From Octopus bimaculoides (Eukaryota), in contig NC_068983.1 of the NCBI RefSeq assembly GCF_001194135.2, forward strand, positions 72,357,195 to 72,421,194: a stretch of 64,000 nt of DNA, in the 5' to 3' direction. Shown piece after piece: positions 12,741 through 25,945 of this stretch. Both the position numbers and the translations under genes were made by a program. The notes under the pieces were generated by a model. The model was not told the origin of the DNA, searched no databases, and worked only from the letters and a program-made list of their open reading frames with translations. Numbering within the stretch: the stretch's first letter is position 1; the number at the start of each line of letters is the position of its first letter.

Positions 12741-13282
12741 TGCCCTGACGCAGTACCAGGCACTGACTCTCATGGCTTCTGATCTTAACTGATTGGAAGT
12801 GTTATCATGTACATGTTTTGTCTTGGTATAAAAAATGGGCTACAGCAAATATTCAGCTCAATTCCACAGATTTGCTTGTCAGTTGTTTCACCTTAACCAG
12901 TTGAGCATGTCCATTGATGATATGTGCATGTCTAATCATGAACAGAGGTAGCGGGGAGTATCATAGCCATGTGCTGAGATAAATTCTTTGGAGTTTGAAT
13001 AATTCACCTCTGGAGACATTTGTGTTTTGTTCAACATCCTTAAACTTTATTCAAGGACCTTTTGAGTGAGGTGGGCTACTCAACCTGAAGAAAATCCTAA
13101 CTGGGCCCCACCTGCAAAGTCATGCACTGTTTACCTCGATTTGAGATCACCATGTCACACACATATGGTTGTGATACATGTGCCTGGTGTACCTTTATCA
13201 GACAGGTAGTCATGATGGAATACTTGGCTTAATATATTTGTACCCCAGTGTCACTTTCATGGCATGCACTGCACTCTCACTC
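12741..13282. mobile_element. About 540-bp non-coding interspersed repeat between (GAT)n and (TAA)n tracts (family D)
   Basis: Sharp boundaries against triplet repeats and no ORF. Resembles a recalled octopus repeat. Single copy in this window. Confidence 0.45.
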
Positions 13283-13294
13283 AATAATAATAAT

Positions 13295-14460
13295 ATAGAA
13301 AATCCAGGAAAGTGATGACAACAAGGGACTGCACCAACATGCGATACTGATAGACTGTATGTGCTTAGGAACAAGGGAGGAAGAGGCATCATTGGATGCA
13401 AGATCTGTGTTGCCAGCAAGTACAATCTGGGATGCTACATCAATCAGCAGAGTGAATCTTTGCTTGCTGCTGTTTGAAATAACATGATACCTACAGAAAC
13501 TGTAGTGCACCTAAAAAAACATTTAAGAAACAAGATGATGAACAAAGAATAAACAACTGGAAAATGAAAACAATGCATAGGCAATACCTCAGAGAAATCA
13601 AAAAGAAAGACAAGGTAAACATCTGAAGATGACTAAGAAAAAGTGATCCAAAAGGATACACTGAGGCACTGATATGCAGCACCCAGGAACAAGATCTGAG
13701 AACTAATGACACCAAGTTCCAAACAGATAAGAGCAGTGAAGTGCCCCTTTGTAAGATGTGTGGCAGCAAAAACGAAACAATCTCATATCTTTGAGTGAGT
13801 GTAGCAAGCTGGCCCAAAAACACTACAACTGGAGACACAATAATGTGGCTACGTTTATTCACTGGAGACTGTGTGTAAAGTACAGTCTGGGCAGAGCAAA
13901 GAAATGGTACAAACATGAACCAGAAGGCGTCACTCAGATCAATGAATATAAGATCCTGTGGGGATTTTACAATCCAGTGTGATTTGCTAATCGATGCTCA
14001 GAGATCAGACATGGTGGAGAAAAGAAGAAAGGAAACCAAGATCATAGATATTACCATACCTGGGGATGCATACATAGATGACAAAGAGCTGGAAAAGAGG
14101 GAGAAATATAGACTACTAAAAGACACAATTGCAAGAATGTGGTCAATGAGGAGAATAACTGTTATCCCAGAACTTATAAGGACACTCGGTGCACTAACAA
14201 CCAGGTTTGAGAAATATGTCAGAGAAACTGGAATTGACATGAGGGCAGAGCAGGCCTAAAAACAATGCTCTGATGAGGACAGCAAGGATTTTGAGATTGG
14301 TGCTTAGGTGTTGAGTACCTTCCACGATAAGTTAACATCTAGATGCCAAAGCTTATAATTTGCAGAAAGAGACCCTGTGAACCCTCTGACAACAGATTGT
14401 TGTCTGCTCTCACAGAATCAACCAGAGCAAGTAAGACAGAGTTCTGAGAAGTAAAATAAT
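13295..14460 (+). mobile_element. 5'-truncated R4/Dong-like LINE (CCHC zinc knuckle plus RLE, 3' UTR)
   Basis: CKMCGSKNETISHL..ECSKLAQKHYNWRHNNVATFIHWRLC..KWYKHEPEGV..KILW; DFTIQCD..IIDITIPGD..KELEKREKY..LGAL. Starts after (TAA)n and ends in taaaataataa. Confidence 0.9.
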
Positions 14461-14462
14461 AA

Positions 14463-15060
14463 TTAACAAAAGCAATCAGAGAGCACAAACTACCACCAAA
14501 GCAACACCAATGTCCTCTCAACGATTAACCAGAGATGATTTTTAAAATGAGAATATCTGAAATAAACTCAACTGCTCTCACAAATGAGAATACTAAAAAT
14601 AATAAAAAACCTGACTGCTCTCAAAACTTACGCCAAAAAACTGGAAAGATAATCCAGAATCCTTATCCGGTACCTGATCAATCCCAATGGTAGTCATGGA
14701 ATGTGAAGGTGGCTGTAGAAAATTTAGTAACAGTTATACATAGCTTATCCTTATCTAATACAAGCCAAAGTTAACAAATTCAGCATTCAAAATAGTTACA
14801 GCCTAAAGGGAGATAACTAAGAAAGACTTGAAAGTTAACATAAGATCGTAATCATGTAAAGTAAATATAACAAATAATCCAGAATCCTTGTCCGATATCA
14901 GATTGATCATAAAACCTATTCCGTTCGTGCCAGTCACAAGTCCAACCACCCTGAAAGTTTCATCTGACTCCATCCAGCAGTTCTTGAGATATCTTGTCCA
15001 CAGACAAACAAATAAACCCAATTGAAAACAATAACTCTGCCTTCGCTAAGGCAAAGGTAA
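14463..15060 (+). mobile_element. HINE/DINE-1-like non-autonomous rolling-circle element
   Basis: 3' stem-loop actctgcctt-cgct-aaggcaaaggt (15033-15058), degenerate 5' subterminal repeat aactaccaccaaagc, internal repeat aatccagaatccttrtcc, T-rich flanks. Confidence 0.5.
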
Positions 15061-15617
15061 TAATAAAAGTTTCTAATTTAAGCACAAAGCAAACAATTTT
15101 GACAGGAAGGATCAGTCAGTCCCATCAATCCCAGTACTTGATTGTTACTTTATCAACACCAAGAATGAAAAACAAAATTAACCTCAGTAGGGTTGGAAGA
15201 AACACTGTAAAGCATTTATTCCAATTCTCTAAGGATGCAATCTTTTAGTTGAATGGGATTATAGGTGTGTGTGGGAGAGGAGCTTATATTTACATAGGAT
15301 GGTTGAAAAAAAATATCTTACAACATCTGCTTGTTCTCAGGTTATGTCGTTTTGCACAGAGAGATCTGGCATGAATGCTTACAACAGAGTGGGCTCCACT
15401 AAAAGTAACCCAAGAACTAGATAGTGATGTTAAATCAGGTGAACCAGTCAAGTAGGCCATGATGGGATTTGAACACAAAACACAAAGCACCAGAACAAAT
15501 ATCACAAGCATATAGTTTGACATTCTAACAATTCTGCCAATCCGCTAGCTTGGATTGGTACTTTTTTTTTGCTAGCTCCACAATAGGAAAGACAAATTTG
15601 ACTTCAGTGTGGTTTAA

Positions 15618-16028
15618 CCCTTTAAGCATTCAGATTAATTTATCAAATTTCCTTATTTATCAACATTTAAAAAAATTAACCAGGTAGTATCTAGTAGCTT
15701 CAAGATCTTGAAGATATTCTTTCTTTCCTATGTTTCAGCCCTGAGGCAGAGACCATGCTAGGGCATCGCCATTGTAATCACCTTTTAATTGGCCAATTCT
15801 ATGGGTCTGACTTTTTGCATTTCTTTAGGAGGATTGCTGGGAATCTGTCAGGGCATGTTGCTGAGTTTGTGCTCATATCATCAATGGCTGATATCACATC
15901 AGTTTCCCCTAACTGCTTATTTTTAGAATAACATTGTAGGTTAGGTGTGAGTGGCTGGATCTGGCCAGTTTCAATATAAAACAGGTAAAATATTTGGGCT
16001 GGATATGGCTGGTTTAAATGCTAAAGGG
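15618..16028. mobile_element. piggyBac-type MITE with TTAA target duplication and internal insertion
   Basis: TTAA(15614-17)|CCCTTTAAGCATT ... AATGCTAAAGGG|TTAA(16029-32). About 190 bp longer than the 5947 copy. Confidence 0.75.
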
Positions 16029-17060
16029 TTAAACTCAGAGGGAGCTATGTAGATCAAATTCTGAATTCAGCAGAAAAGAATAAAACACATCAAAATGCAA
16101 TGTGCAAAATCAAAATTTCAATTTTATCAATGTCTTTATTTTATAATGTTATGGTATTTAAAGAGAAAATTTGACAACAATTACACTTGTAATTTAATGA
16201 CTGAAGTCTTTGAATTTTATCTAAATATTGCTTTCCTTATCAGTTAGCGGAAGGTCAGGCCTGATTGAGAAGACCAACAATTATTGGCATGTCACCATAA
16301 CCAACTTGTCTATTTATGTATCCAGAATACACTATTCTATATGACCTGCCATTTTATGAGAAAATACAGTGTGATTTGAGGGAGATTTTGCTGCTATTTC
16401 TAGTAAGTCAAGTAAGTATGTAGTCTCCTTCTCTGGCTGCCAACATTATATCCTTGTTTACTTTAGAGTAGAGGAAGTATAAAGCTTTTACAATCATTTC
16501 TATGCAAGAGACAAATTTAATTCTCCTTCAATCCTTAAGTTTGGTTCCCAGTCTTATTGTTACATAAAAAGTATAGAAAAGCTAACATTAATAGAAAATA
16601 ATATCATCTAAGAAATTTACTTTCCAAACATTTTTTCAACCAGAGGCTGGAATAATAATAATAACAACAACAACAACAGCTACATCAATAACAACAAAGG
16701 TTGTAAATGATGTGTAGTAAATAGGAAAAAATAACTAAGAGCATAAAGATGCTGAAATTTTAAGATTATTATCTTATATTCATGTACTTCCGTGCGTAGT
16801 AATTTCATTTGTAGTGTATCATTCTCCAAAAGTAACTTGGTTCAGTGAGGACACATTCCATATGTCCAAGAAATAAATGCAAATAACATTTGTGAAAAAT
16901 AATTCAGTATCATACTAAAAAACATAACAGACAAGCATTGAAAGGAACTTATCAACAACAGAATCATTAAAAAAACATCTATGTTTGAAAACACAAATTT
17001 TCTTCAGTTGGAGTATCCATTCACCATCCAAATAACAACATTGTTGCTAATAAATATGGT

Positions 17061-17192
<132 letters not shown>

Positions 17193-17515
17193 CTTTACCA
17201 TTTTTCCCAAATATTGTGTACTCTGTACATTACAGAATATTTTGATTTTTATCTTGAGTTTATCCCTTTATTGTATGTAGCATCCAAAAAAATGTCTTTC
17301 TAAATATACATTTTATTTATGTGAGATGGTAATTTTCTGTATAGTTTCATCATCAATGTCTTTATTGACAAGTAATTGCCAGGAGATATAAGAGAAGTTT
17401 AAGTGGCAAACACTCAAACTGACATCTACTAGCGAAAAGAGTAAAAGATGTCACTGTGTCACTAAAATCTGCACTTGAGCACACATTAAGATTACACACA
17501 AGGAGCCTGAGAAGA

Positions 17516-17565
17516 GACTGACTAGTTTCAGCTAGTTATGTCCACCTCATCAGATATATGCAGTC
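17516..17565 (-). ncRNA. Degenerate type I hammerhead ribozyme motif
   Basis: Minus strand gactgcatatat-CTGATGA-ggtggacataactagct-GAAA-CTAGTC-agtc: intact core, palindromic stem III (ACTAGT) and GUC site; stems I and II decayed. Confidence 0.4.
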
Positions 17566-17684
17566 ATATTTGACCTCCAAAGGGAGGAAACAGCTTAAGG
17601 CTTACTTATAAAATATGCAATGAGTAACAGGCTCCAATTTTATCATCTGCATATTAGTGCATTCACTAATTAAAAAATAAAGGA

Positions 17685-17925
17685 TAAAGATCCTTCCCAA
17701 GTCATACTGATGCATAGGGCTAGTTTCCTGGTATCCATGGTGCATATAAATCCTTCTAGACAGGATGCTAGTCTGTCACAATATTATTCATTTTTTTCCA
17801 GCTGAGGGGACAGGAGCAACATGAAATGAAGTGTTTTGTTCAAAAACATAATCCACCACCCAGTCCAGGAATCAAAATCATAATCTTACAATCATGAGTC
17901 CAACACTCTAACCACTAAGCCATCT
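17685..17925 (-). mobile_element. Third tRNA-derived SINE family (degenerate)
   Basis: Minus strand tggcttagtggttagagtg (A box) ..gattcctgg..aacaaaacacttcatttcatgttgctcc..ctcagctgg. Confidence 0.6.
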
Positions 17926-18569
17926 ACCTCAACACATTCACTGAGAATGTGTATTAATGACTAAAGTAAAATACTGAAACAGTGGTGAGCGGATAACTAT
18001 AAATGAGTGCATATACATAAGCTGAATGAACATACATTCAGCTTAGCTGTCTAAACAGACCTTGTGGTTAAACCAGAGGGCACTCTCTGCAGAATGACCC
18101 TAAAGACAAGCTCAAGTAGTTCCTGTCTTGCAAGAAATATCCATTCAAGTTCCCTATTCAGAGAAGGCAAGAAAGCAACACATTGCAAAAAAAAATGCAA
18201 CAAGTAACAGACACTAATTTTATTTATTTGTATGTCACTGAATTCACTAGCAGCTTTCCAATGACATGGTTCTGGATTCAGTCCCACTGTGTGGCACAGT
18301 TACAGTTGCTTTGAAATTGTGTGACATAGTTTCAAAATAATTTCCCCAGCTTCTATAAGCAACCATTAAGCAACAGACCGTTTTAATAAGAGTTGGCAGA
18401 AAAAGCAACCCTTTCACAATACAAGACATCAACACTATCACTTGAGAATGTATTAAATATGTATAAACTTGTATTGGAATATCACTACCTAACTATATAC
18501 TGCTACTGTTGTCCTGAAGGAATACTTAGGAGATATTTGCAAAGTTTGTAACAATGAAATAGCCTATCA

Positions 18570-20460
18570 CAAGCAACCCCAATAAAGACTCTAAAGCAAG
18601 ACCTAATGAATTTATATCAAAGAAAAGGGCAAATAAATGTCATTGTAGAGTATAAGGCTAGTGATAGGTTTACAACACATTAACAACACCTGAAAATACT
18701 ATTGAAAATATACAGAAATTTTACTCCAAATCCCGAGGGGGAAATCCATAACTCTGATGCAGAGTGATGAACTTTGCTATCAGAAAAAATGTGTTACAGC
18801 AGACCAGGATAAAACCAGAAGTTTGTTTCTAACCCAGAAGCTGTGTACAGAAAGATGTGGAGAAAAATATCATTGTAAAAAGTGCCCCTTCGCAAGATCT
18901 TCACTCATTCTGGTCAAAGATCTGGAATGAGAGTAAGGACTGTAATTGAAATGCAACATGGCTAGACATAATAACACAATAATACTGTACTGACACCAAC
19001 AATAAAACTTATATAAATACCTACAAAACTTTCACCAATGAGGTAGGAAAGCTACTCAATGTAGAGTTACAAGATGTTGATTTTTCATAAAAACTTACTT
19101 ATAAACCATGTTTTTAAAAAAAACTATGGAAGGCTAAATAGACATAATGAACTAGCTTACCATAGCACAAGCAAACCTAGTGGCCAAGAACAAAACCATT
19201 ATTTTGGCCCATAGCCTGCCTGAACCAATTCCTCCAAGATCATTGCAGCTCTAGTAATATAGCCACTGGTGAACAGACAGATAGAAAGAAAGGAGTGTGG
19301 AATTTGCTGAACAATTTTTGGTAAATAAAGCTGTACTTTCTTAAGTAAGAAAGCATTGCAGGAATTTTGTAACAGTATGGCTTGATTACAGAAAGGTATT
19401 TGATTCCATTCACCACTCATGGTTACTGAAATCACTACAATTGGTAAAAGTAGCTGCTATCTTAGTTGCTGCTATCAAGAAGCTCATGAAGTCCTTATCC
19501 ACAATCTTCATATTTGTAACTGAAAGTAGAACAATTATCTCTGATGTTATTAATATTTCAACAGGAATATTCCGAGATGACAGTCTAGCTGTACTTCTGT
19601 TTATTTTGGCCCTACATCCACAGTAATTTCTTCTACAAAAATCCACTGGCTATATCTTGGGTTCTACAACTGCAAGACACACTCACAATATGAGCCAAAA
19701 GTTTTTCATGGATGATCTAAAGATCTATGCGTGAGATACTTACAAAACCTAGGAATTAGGAGATTAATTACATTTTCTACTGAAATAGGAATAGAGTCCA
19801 ACCAAAGTGTATGTGTGTATATGGGGGGGGGGGGACTGCTGCCCAAACCCTAAATCTTTGAGTCATTGGTTTATCACATCTGTTCTATGTAACAAATATA
19901 ACAAATACTTGGATATTCAAATACTTAGGCAAAAGTAAACAAATACCTAGGTGAAAATATACCTAGGTGAAAATATATCCAGGTACTATTAACAAGTATA
20001 GGGTAACAAAAGAATAGTGGAAACACTAGAACAAAAGGATACTTGTTCCTTTTAGAACATGACAATATATCACAATGCAGTTGTAGTACCTGTATTGATA
20101 CCAACATTTGGAACACTCAGCTGGTTTATAGAGGAAAGTCACTTTATAGACATAATATCCTTGACATTGACTGCAAATTTCCACAAAAACTGTAACATTA
20201 AAGTCTCTATCTCAGACGAAAAGAGGAAGGAGAAGGCTTTAAAATCAGTATAGAAAGCCTTTGAGTGCTGCACAATATCACTCAGACAGCATCTGCTAAA
20301 CAATAACAGCAAAAATAAATACGTCACGCAAGTGCTGAATAACATCCTTAATATAAAAAAAAATCTCTCTTACTGGTGACCTCCCCTATGAACCTTGACA
20401 TATGCACCTCATATCAGTATACAAAATGCTAACATAAACATGTAAACATGACAATGATGA
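18570..20460 (+). mobile_element. Decayed R4/Dong-like LINE reverse transcriptase region
   Basis: Frameshifted RT motifs: VWLDYRKVFDSIHHSWLLKSL, GIFRDDSLAVLLFILALHP, FMDDLKIYA, YKYLDIQ. Confidence 0.85.
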
Positions 20461-20675
20461 TGATGCTGTAGTTATGTATGCATAAATACACACATACACA
20501 TGTATGCATAAATACACACATACACACATATCTTCTCTCTTTATCTATCTTTCTGTATATACATATGTATCTATCCATATATTTATATATTTATATACAT
20601 CTATTTTTACTTATATATCAATATATGTATACATATGTGTGTGAGAGAGAGAAAGGGAGAGAAAGAGAAAGAGAG

Positions 20676-20712
<37 letters not shown>

Positions 20713-22780
20713 ACATGCACCTAAATGTATATATGGTATAATTTGACTTTACTTTTGAAATTTTAATGATCGTTATGTATCTGTATTAACAATTGTATGA
20801 TCATGAGTTTTAAGATACTGAATGTATATGGTCTTTTGATGTATTAGACATTAATGTTACATCATTTTTAAATGGGTATAATATAAATTTCTATGTGAAA
20901 TTGTAAGTATTCATGTAGTTTTGACCATCATATGTGAATATACATGGTTTACACATTATAATTGGTGTATTTGTAAAATTTATCTTACCATTTTATACAC
21001 ACATATAGACATATATATTCCAAAAATGTGTCTGTATGTACATGTATGTGTATGAGTACATACACTAGCATTTTTAATATTTAATATGATGTGTATGAGA
21101 ATATATTTGAAGTAGTTTTTATCAATATGGCACTATTTATAACTATTCAGCTTGCATTTCTCCTATTTTTATTATGGTTTATGCTAGTTACAGGAAAACT
21201 GCAGCCCACAGAACTTTCCTTTTGGAATAACCTATCTATACAAAAAATTAGCCTGAAATATTTTTAGCAGTGAGGCCTGTCTGACGATGAGCTATGTCTT
21301 ATGTAGCCTGCTTCTTGAAAAAGACTGCTTATGTCTTGTTTATACAATAAACTTTAAAAAATCAAATGAAGTGCCTATTTTTTTTTACTTTGCCCGTATT
21401 TCTGATTATTTTTATTCTAAGTCCCATCCTCACCTCTCTCCATTTCTTTCAATTTAAATACAGCTTCTTCCAAGATTTGTTTCCTGTTGGTCACTGTCCA
21501 CTAGTGATAAATACAAGCCAACAAGTGAACTCATCATGCTAAGGAAGCTTCTACACTGTCACTAAAAATAGATATGTCTAAATTTTTATGTGTACTTATG
21601 AGCATTTGTATATGTTTTACTACAATGTGGAAATTGACTAAACAATAGCTTCTGGAAATCCTTATTCAGCCATATTTGAATGTAGTCAAAATTCCTCTAT
21701 AGCTATGTTTTCTCTGCAAGAATCATGCTACAATACTAAAGAATATTATCTTGATAGGAGAAAAAAAAACACAACTGTTGAATATTTATGACATTTAAAA
21801 GATTAAATATTGTCCTTTGCATAATCAGAACTATCCACAAATAAAATTAAATATTTCTTCTTTCTGACATTTACATTTTCCAAATAAAGTTTCCAATTAT
21901 TGTTCTTTTTCTGTTTATACTAGACTGGAGAGTAATTTTCTTTTTCTTTTCTTTTTCTTTTTTTTTTTTCAAGTAGGAATAGAGAAAGCTACACTAGACT
22001 ATGAAATAAGCAGTTTATTGTAATATCTCAGGTAAGCATTCTTAATTGTAGACTTTCTAGGGCTTGTGGAATAAAGCTTGCCATAGCCAAACAGCAAAAG
22101 AACATTGCTGTCATCCAGTCCTTTTCTAGGTGTATTCTGGAATGTTTCTTCACCATGTCTCTTACCATTCCTACAATGGTTCTGTCCTACTGCATCTTCC
22201 TCTAAACCCATCGCAGACACTCACTGCTTTTATTCTTACCATCTTTACTATGTCTAGGTGCACTAAACACCAGTATAAAACTCACTCTTCCTCGGAGAAG
22301 TCAATTAAGAAACTTCAGTGAGGTCATTCAATCTGCTAGAAATAATAAGCAAATCTCCTACAAATCACACCGTACTATCTTATAACAACAACATCACTGT
22401 AGTGTTACTCTGCAAACCTGATTCCTAAAGAATTCCTTGATACAGTGAAGTTCAAGCTAAATATCAACTAGACTGACCTCTGTAAAGATTATAGTCATAT
22501 AACTAAGTAATAATTGTTTCTAGCATAGACACAAGATCTAAAAATTGGGGGAGTGTTAGTTGATACCAACAACTACAGTACTTAACTGGTATTTTATTTT
22601 CTCAGCCTTAGAGTGAGATGAAAAGCAAGGCTGATCAGAGCAGGATTTGAACTCAGAACATAAAGAACCAGAAGAAATTCCAGAAGGTATTTTTCCAACA
22701 TTCTATCAAATAATAATAAAAATTTACAAGAATAAAACTGAAAAGTGAATAAAAATAATGTTTATATCTTAAATGACTGA

Positions 22781-22935
22781 AGTGATTCCACTAAATAGTT
22801 ATCATATGTTAAAATATGTTAAAAATACATACATACATAGATACATACATATATTTATATGTTAAAAATATGTTAAAAATATGTTAAAAATATGTTAAAA
22901 GTGATTCCACTAAATAGTTATCATATGTTAAAATA
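22781..22935. repeat. 36-bp direct repeat flanking (tatgttaaaaa)n and ATAC repeats
   Basis: agtgattccactaaatagttatcatatgttaaaata at 22781-22816 and 22900-22935. Confidence 0.9.
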
Positions 22936-23666
22936 ATGTTGCATCTTATTACCTTAGTTATAGAGTTATTGCAAGCTACTGTATGTATGACATGCATATG
23001 TGTGTTTGTTAGTATGTATACATGCATACATGTTTATGAACGTGCATGTGTAAGTATGTGAGCATGTGTGTGTACATACTTGTGAACATGCATGTGCATG
23101 TGTTTGCATTTGCATATGTTTTTCTCTGCTTATCTTCATGTTGATACCTCGTGTGCACACAATATGTTGCACAGCTGAGTAGGTCAGTATGTGAAGACCA
23201 GTAGAACAAAAGAGCCTTACCAGAAAACAAGGGTTGCATTAGAAAGAGCATCAAACTGTAGAATACTACCTCAAGTTTCATCAAACTTAGGCCAGCATGG
23301 AAAAATCAGATGTAAAAAGGGTGATGTTAATAATGAGGAGTAGGAGGAATGTATATCTAAAATATATACAATATCTTTGCTTACATTTTTTTTCTGTTGG
23401 GTGGTGTACTAAAACATAGGATTGCCTTATACATACTTATAGTTGCTGAGTCTAATATATGTATATATACATGGTGATCCTAGTCACTACAAAGTATGCA
23501 GACTGTAAACATACATTCTTTATTACACATCAAACTTTTGGTTTATATGGGAGAAGAAATAAGAAAATGTAACTAGCATAATTCATTTCAAAGTGAAATC
23601 CAAAAGTGGATCTTGGATCTTATTCAAGATAACAATAACCTTGACAATAACAATTTTTATAATCAC

Positions 23667-24005
23667 CATCATCATTATCATCATCGTTTAACGTCTGCTT
23701 TCCATGCTAGCATGGGTTGGACGATTTGACAGAGGACTAGTGAAACCGGATGGCAACACCAGCCTCCAATCTGATTTGGCAGAGTTTCTACAGCTGGATG
23801 CCCTTTGTAACGCCAACCACTCCGAGAGTGTAGTGGGTGCTTTTACGTGTCACCCGCACGAAGGCCAGTCAGGCGGTACTGGCAACGGCCACGCTCAAAA
23901 TGGTGTATTTTATGTGCCACCCGCACAGGAGCCAGTCCAGGGGCACTGGCAACGATCTCGCTCGAAAATCCTATGAAGGCCAGTCAGGTGGTACTGGCAA
24001 CGGCC
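23667..24005 (-). mobile_element. RTE 3'-end copy with about 60-bp UTR repeats
   Basis: CpG-retaining, close to the 50335 and 54888 copies. Confidence 0.85.
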
Positions 24006-24819
24006 CGGTAAGCATGAAAGTAACTATATTAAGTTGAGGGATTTATCAACCACAGAGGAAGGAAAGACAAAGCAGACTGCAATGAGGTTTGATCTCAGCA
24101 TGTAGAGGGATGAAACAAAACTCTGTAAAATATTCAATCTTCTAATCTTCACCGTTTTACCACTTCAGCTCCTGTATATAACATATATAATCTAGCAAAA
24201 GTCAATCTCATATAAATGTCAACCCCTCCACTCTGTTTTTGGTAAAATATCTGGAATAAACCTTATATAGTATGTAAAGGTCAACCTGGATTTTCAAAAA
24301 TAAGAGATCAACATTTGAGTTTAAGGATATATAAAAGTCAAGATGAGGAAATAACTTTTTTCCAGTGTTGTTGTTTTCACTTCGTAGAATTCACTTCTAT
24401 GTAATTACATTATTCTCAAAGAAGCACATAATTCTATTATTTAGAAAAATATTACAGCCTTAAAGCAAATCTTCAACTTACCATTTTAAGATGTAAACAG
24501 TGAATCCTTGGCCAATAGCTACACATCAACATCCATTAATACTATGTTATTACACTTAGTTTTGACTCGTACATTTTTCTTCTTTTCTTTTTTTTTTTTT
24601 TNNNNNNNNNNTTTTTTTTTTTTTTGGTATTTAATACTATTGATTTTTTTTTTTTATTATGGTTTTCTCTTCTTTGCATGATCTTTCATACTGCACACAC
24701 TTCACAGTCTTCCTTAATGCAAAGATCAGTCAAGTTTGGTTTTCTTGAAGCACTTGTGGATTTCTGTTACATCATACATACTGTTATGGAATTATAATTT
24801 CTCTATCATCTTGTGTAAA

Positions 24820-25200
24820 AAAAGATGACCTCCAGAAGAAACTGCAAATGTACAGCAGCAATTAAATGAAAGTTATTGAAACTGCAGAGAAGAAAACTAA
24901 TTGTGTAGACAGTAAGAAAATTTTGTGTTTTGGGGAAACTTGCAACAGACTGGAGAAAGATATCAAATTAACTTAAGAAAATGCAAAATACAAGTGTGTC
25001 AATAGAGGTAAACTTAGAAATTGGCCAGAACTGGATAAAGAAATAAGAGATACTGGAAACTTAATCGAAATGAGAAATGTTTCACTCATAAAGCAATCCA
25101 AATTTATGCTTAAAAATAACCAAAGGCTGGAAATTTGGATATTAAAGAAAGTGAACAGTGTACAAGGTTTGTGAGAAAACATGAGTTAATATTTCAGAAG
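24820..25200 (+). mobile_element. pogo-like transposase N-terminal (Brinker-type HTH) remnant
   Basis: MTSRRNCKCTAA.(K)LKVIETAEKKTN..KKF..RDWRK resembles KRRSY.A.FKLKVIE.AE..GN..A.R.F...VR.WRK. Confidence 0.45.
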
Positions 25201-25562
25201 AAAACTAAATTATAGAAAAAAGGTGAGATAAATTAGATTAACATCTCTCATAGACCTTTCTACTTAATGGCAGAACTGAGTGTTGAAAGGGAGGCAAGTA
25301 AATTGTAATTTTAATAAAAAACTAAGATGGTTTTAAACATTTGAAACTTGTCCAATACATGGCAAAGAAAGAATTATATAGATGCAAACTAATTTGGTAT
25401 TCTCATTAATAAAGACTCACTATCTTCTAAGAATTGAACAACGTAGTTGGTGCAAAGATTACATTTCCATATTTTGAGGTTTAGTGGTAAGTATGAGCAA
25501 TGACATTCTCAGATATACTCCAAACATTCATGAAGAGAAGATAACTCATGTTGGCAAATGGT

Positions 25563-25945
25563 TTTTACTCTTTTACTTGTTTCAGTCTTTTGACTGAGGC
25601 CATGCTGGAGCACCGCCTTTAGTCGAGCAAATCGACCCCAGGACTTATTCTTTAGAAGCCTAGTACTTATTCTATCGGTCTCTTTTGCTGAACCGCTAGG
25701 TTACGGGGACATAAACACACCAGCATCGGTTGTCAAGCGATGTTGGGGGGACAAACACAGACACACAAACACATACATATATACGACGGGCTTCTTTCAG
25801 TTTCCGTCTACCAAATCCACTCACAAGGCTTTGGTCGGCCCGAAGCTATAGTAGAAGACATTTGCCCAAGATGTCACGCAGTGGAACTGAACCTGGGACC
25901 ATGTGGCTGGTAAGCAAGCTACTTACCACACAGCCACTACTACAC
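25563..25945 (-). mobile_element. Near full-length tRNA-derived SINE family B (CORE-like centre)
   Basis: Minus strand gtggctgtgtggtaag (A box), ggttcagt (B box), cttgggcaa.. centre and gtaaaaga tail. Homologues at 36028, 45645, 48945 and 49198. Confidence 0.85.

Noticed and set aside
12546-12773. Poly-Ile ORFs (also 26409-27007)
   Set aside because: (ATC)n/(ATT)n triplet repeats.
21281-21320. CTGACGA...GAAA hammerhead-like spacing
   Set aside because: No G-C closure of stem II and no stem I/III or NUH site.
21999-22220. 73-aa minus-strand ORF
   Set aside because: Purine-rich and possibly an old LINE endonuclease remnant; no convincing motif or splice frame.
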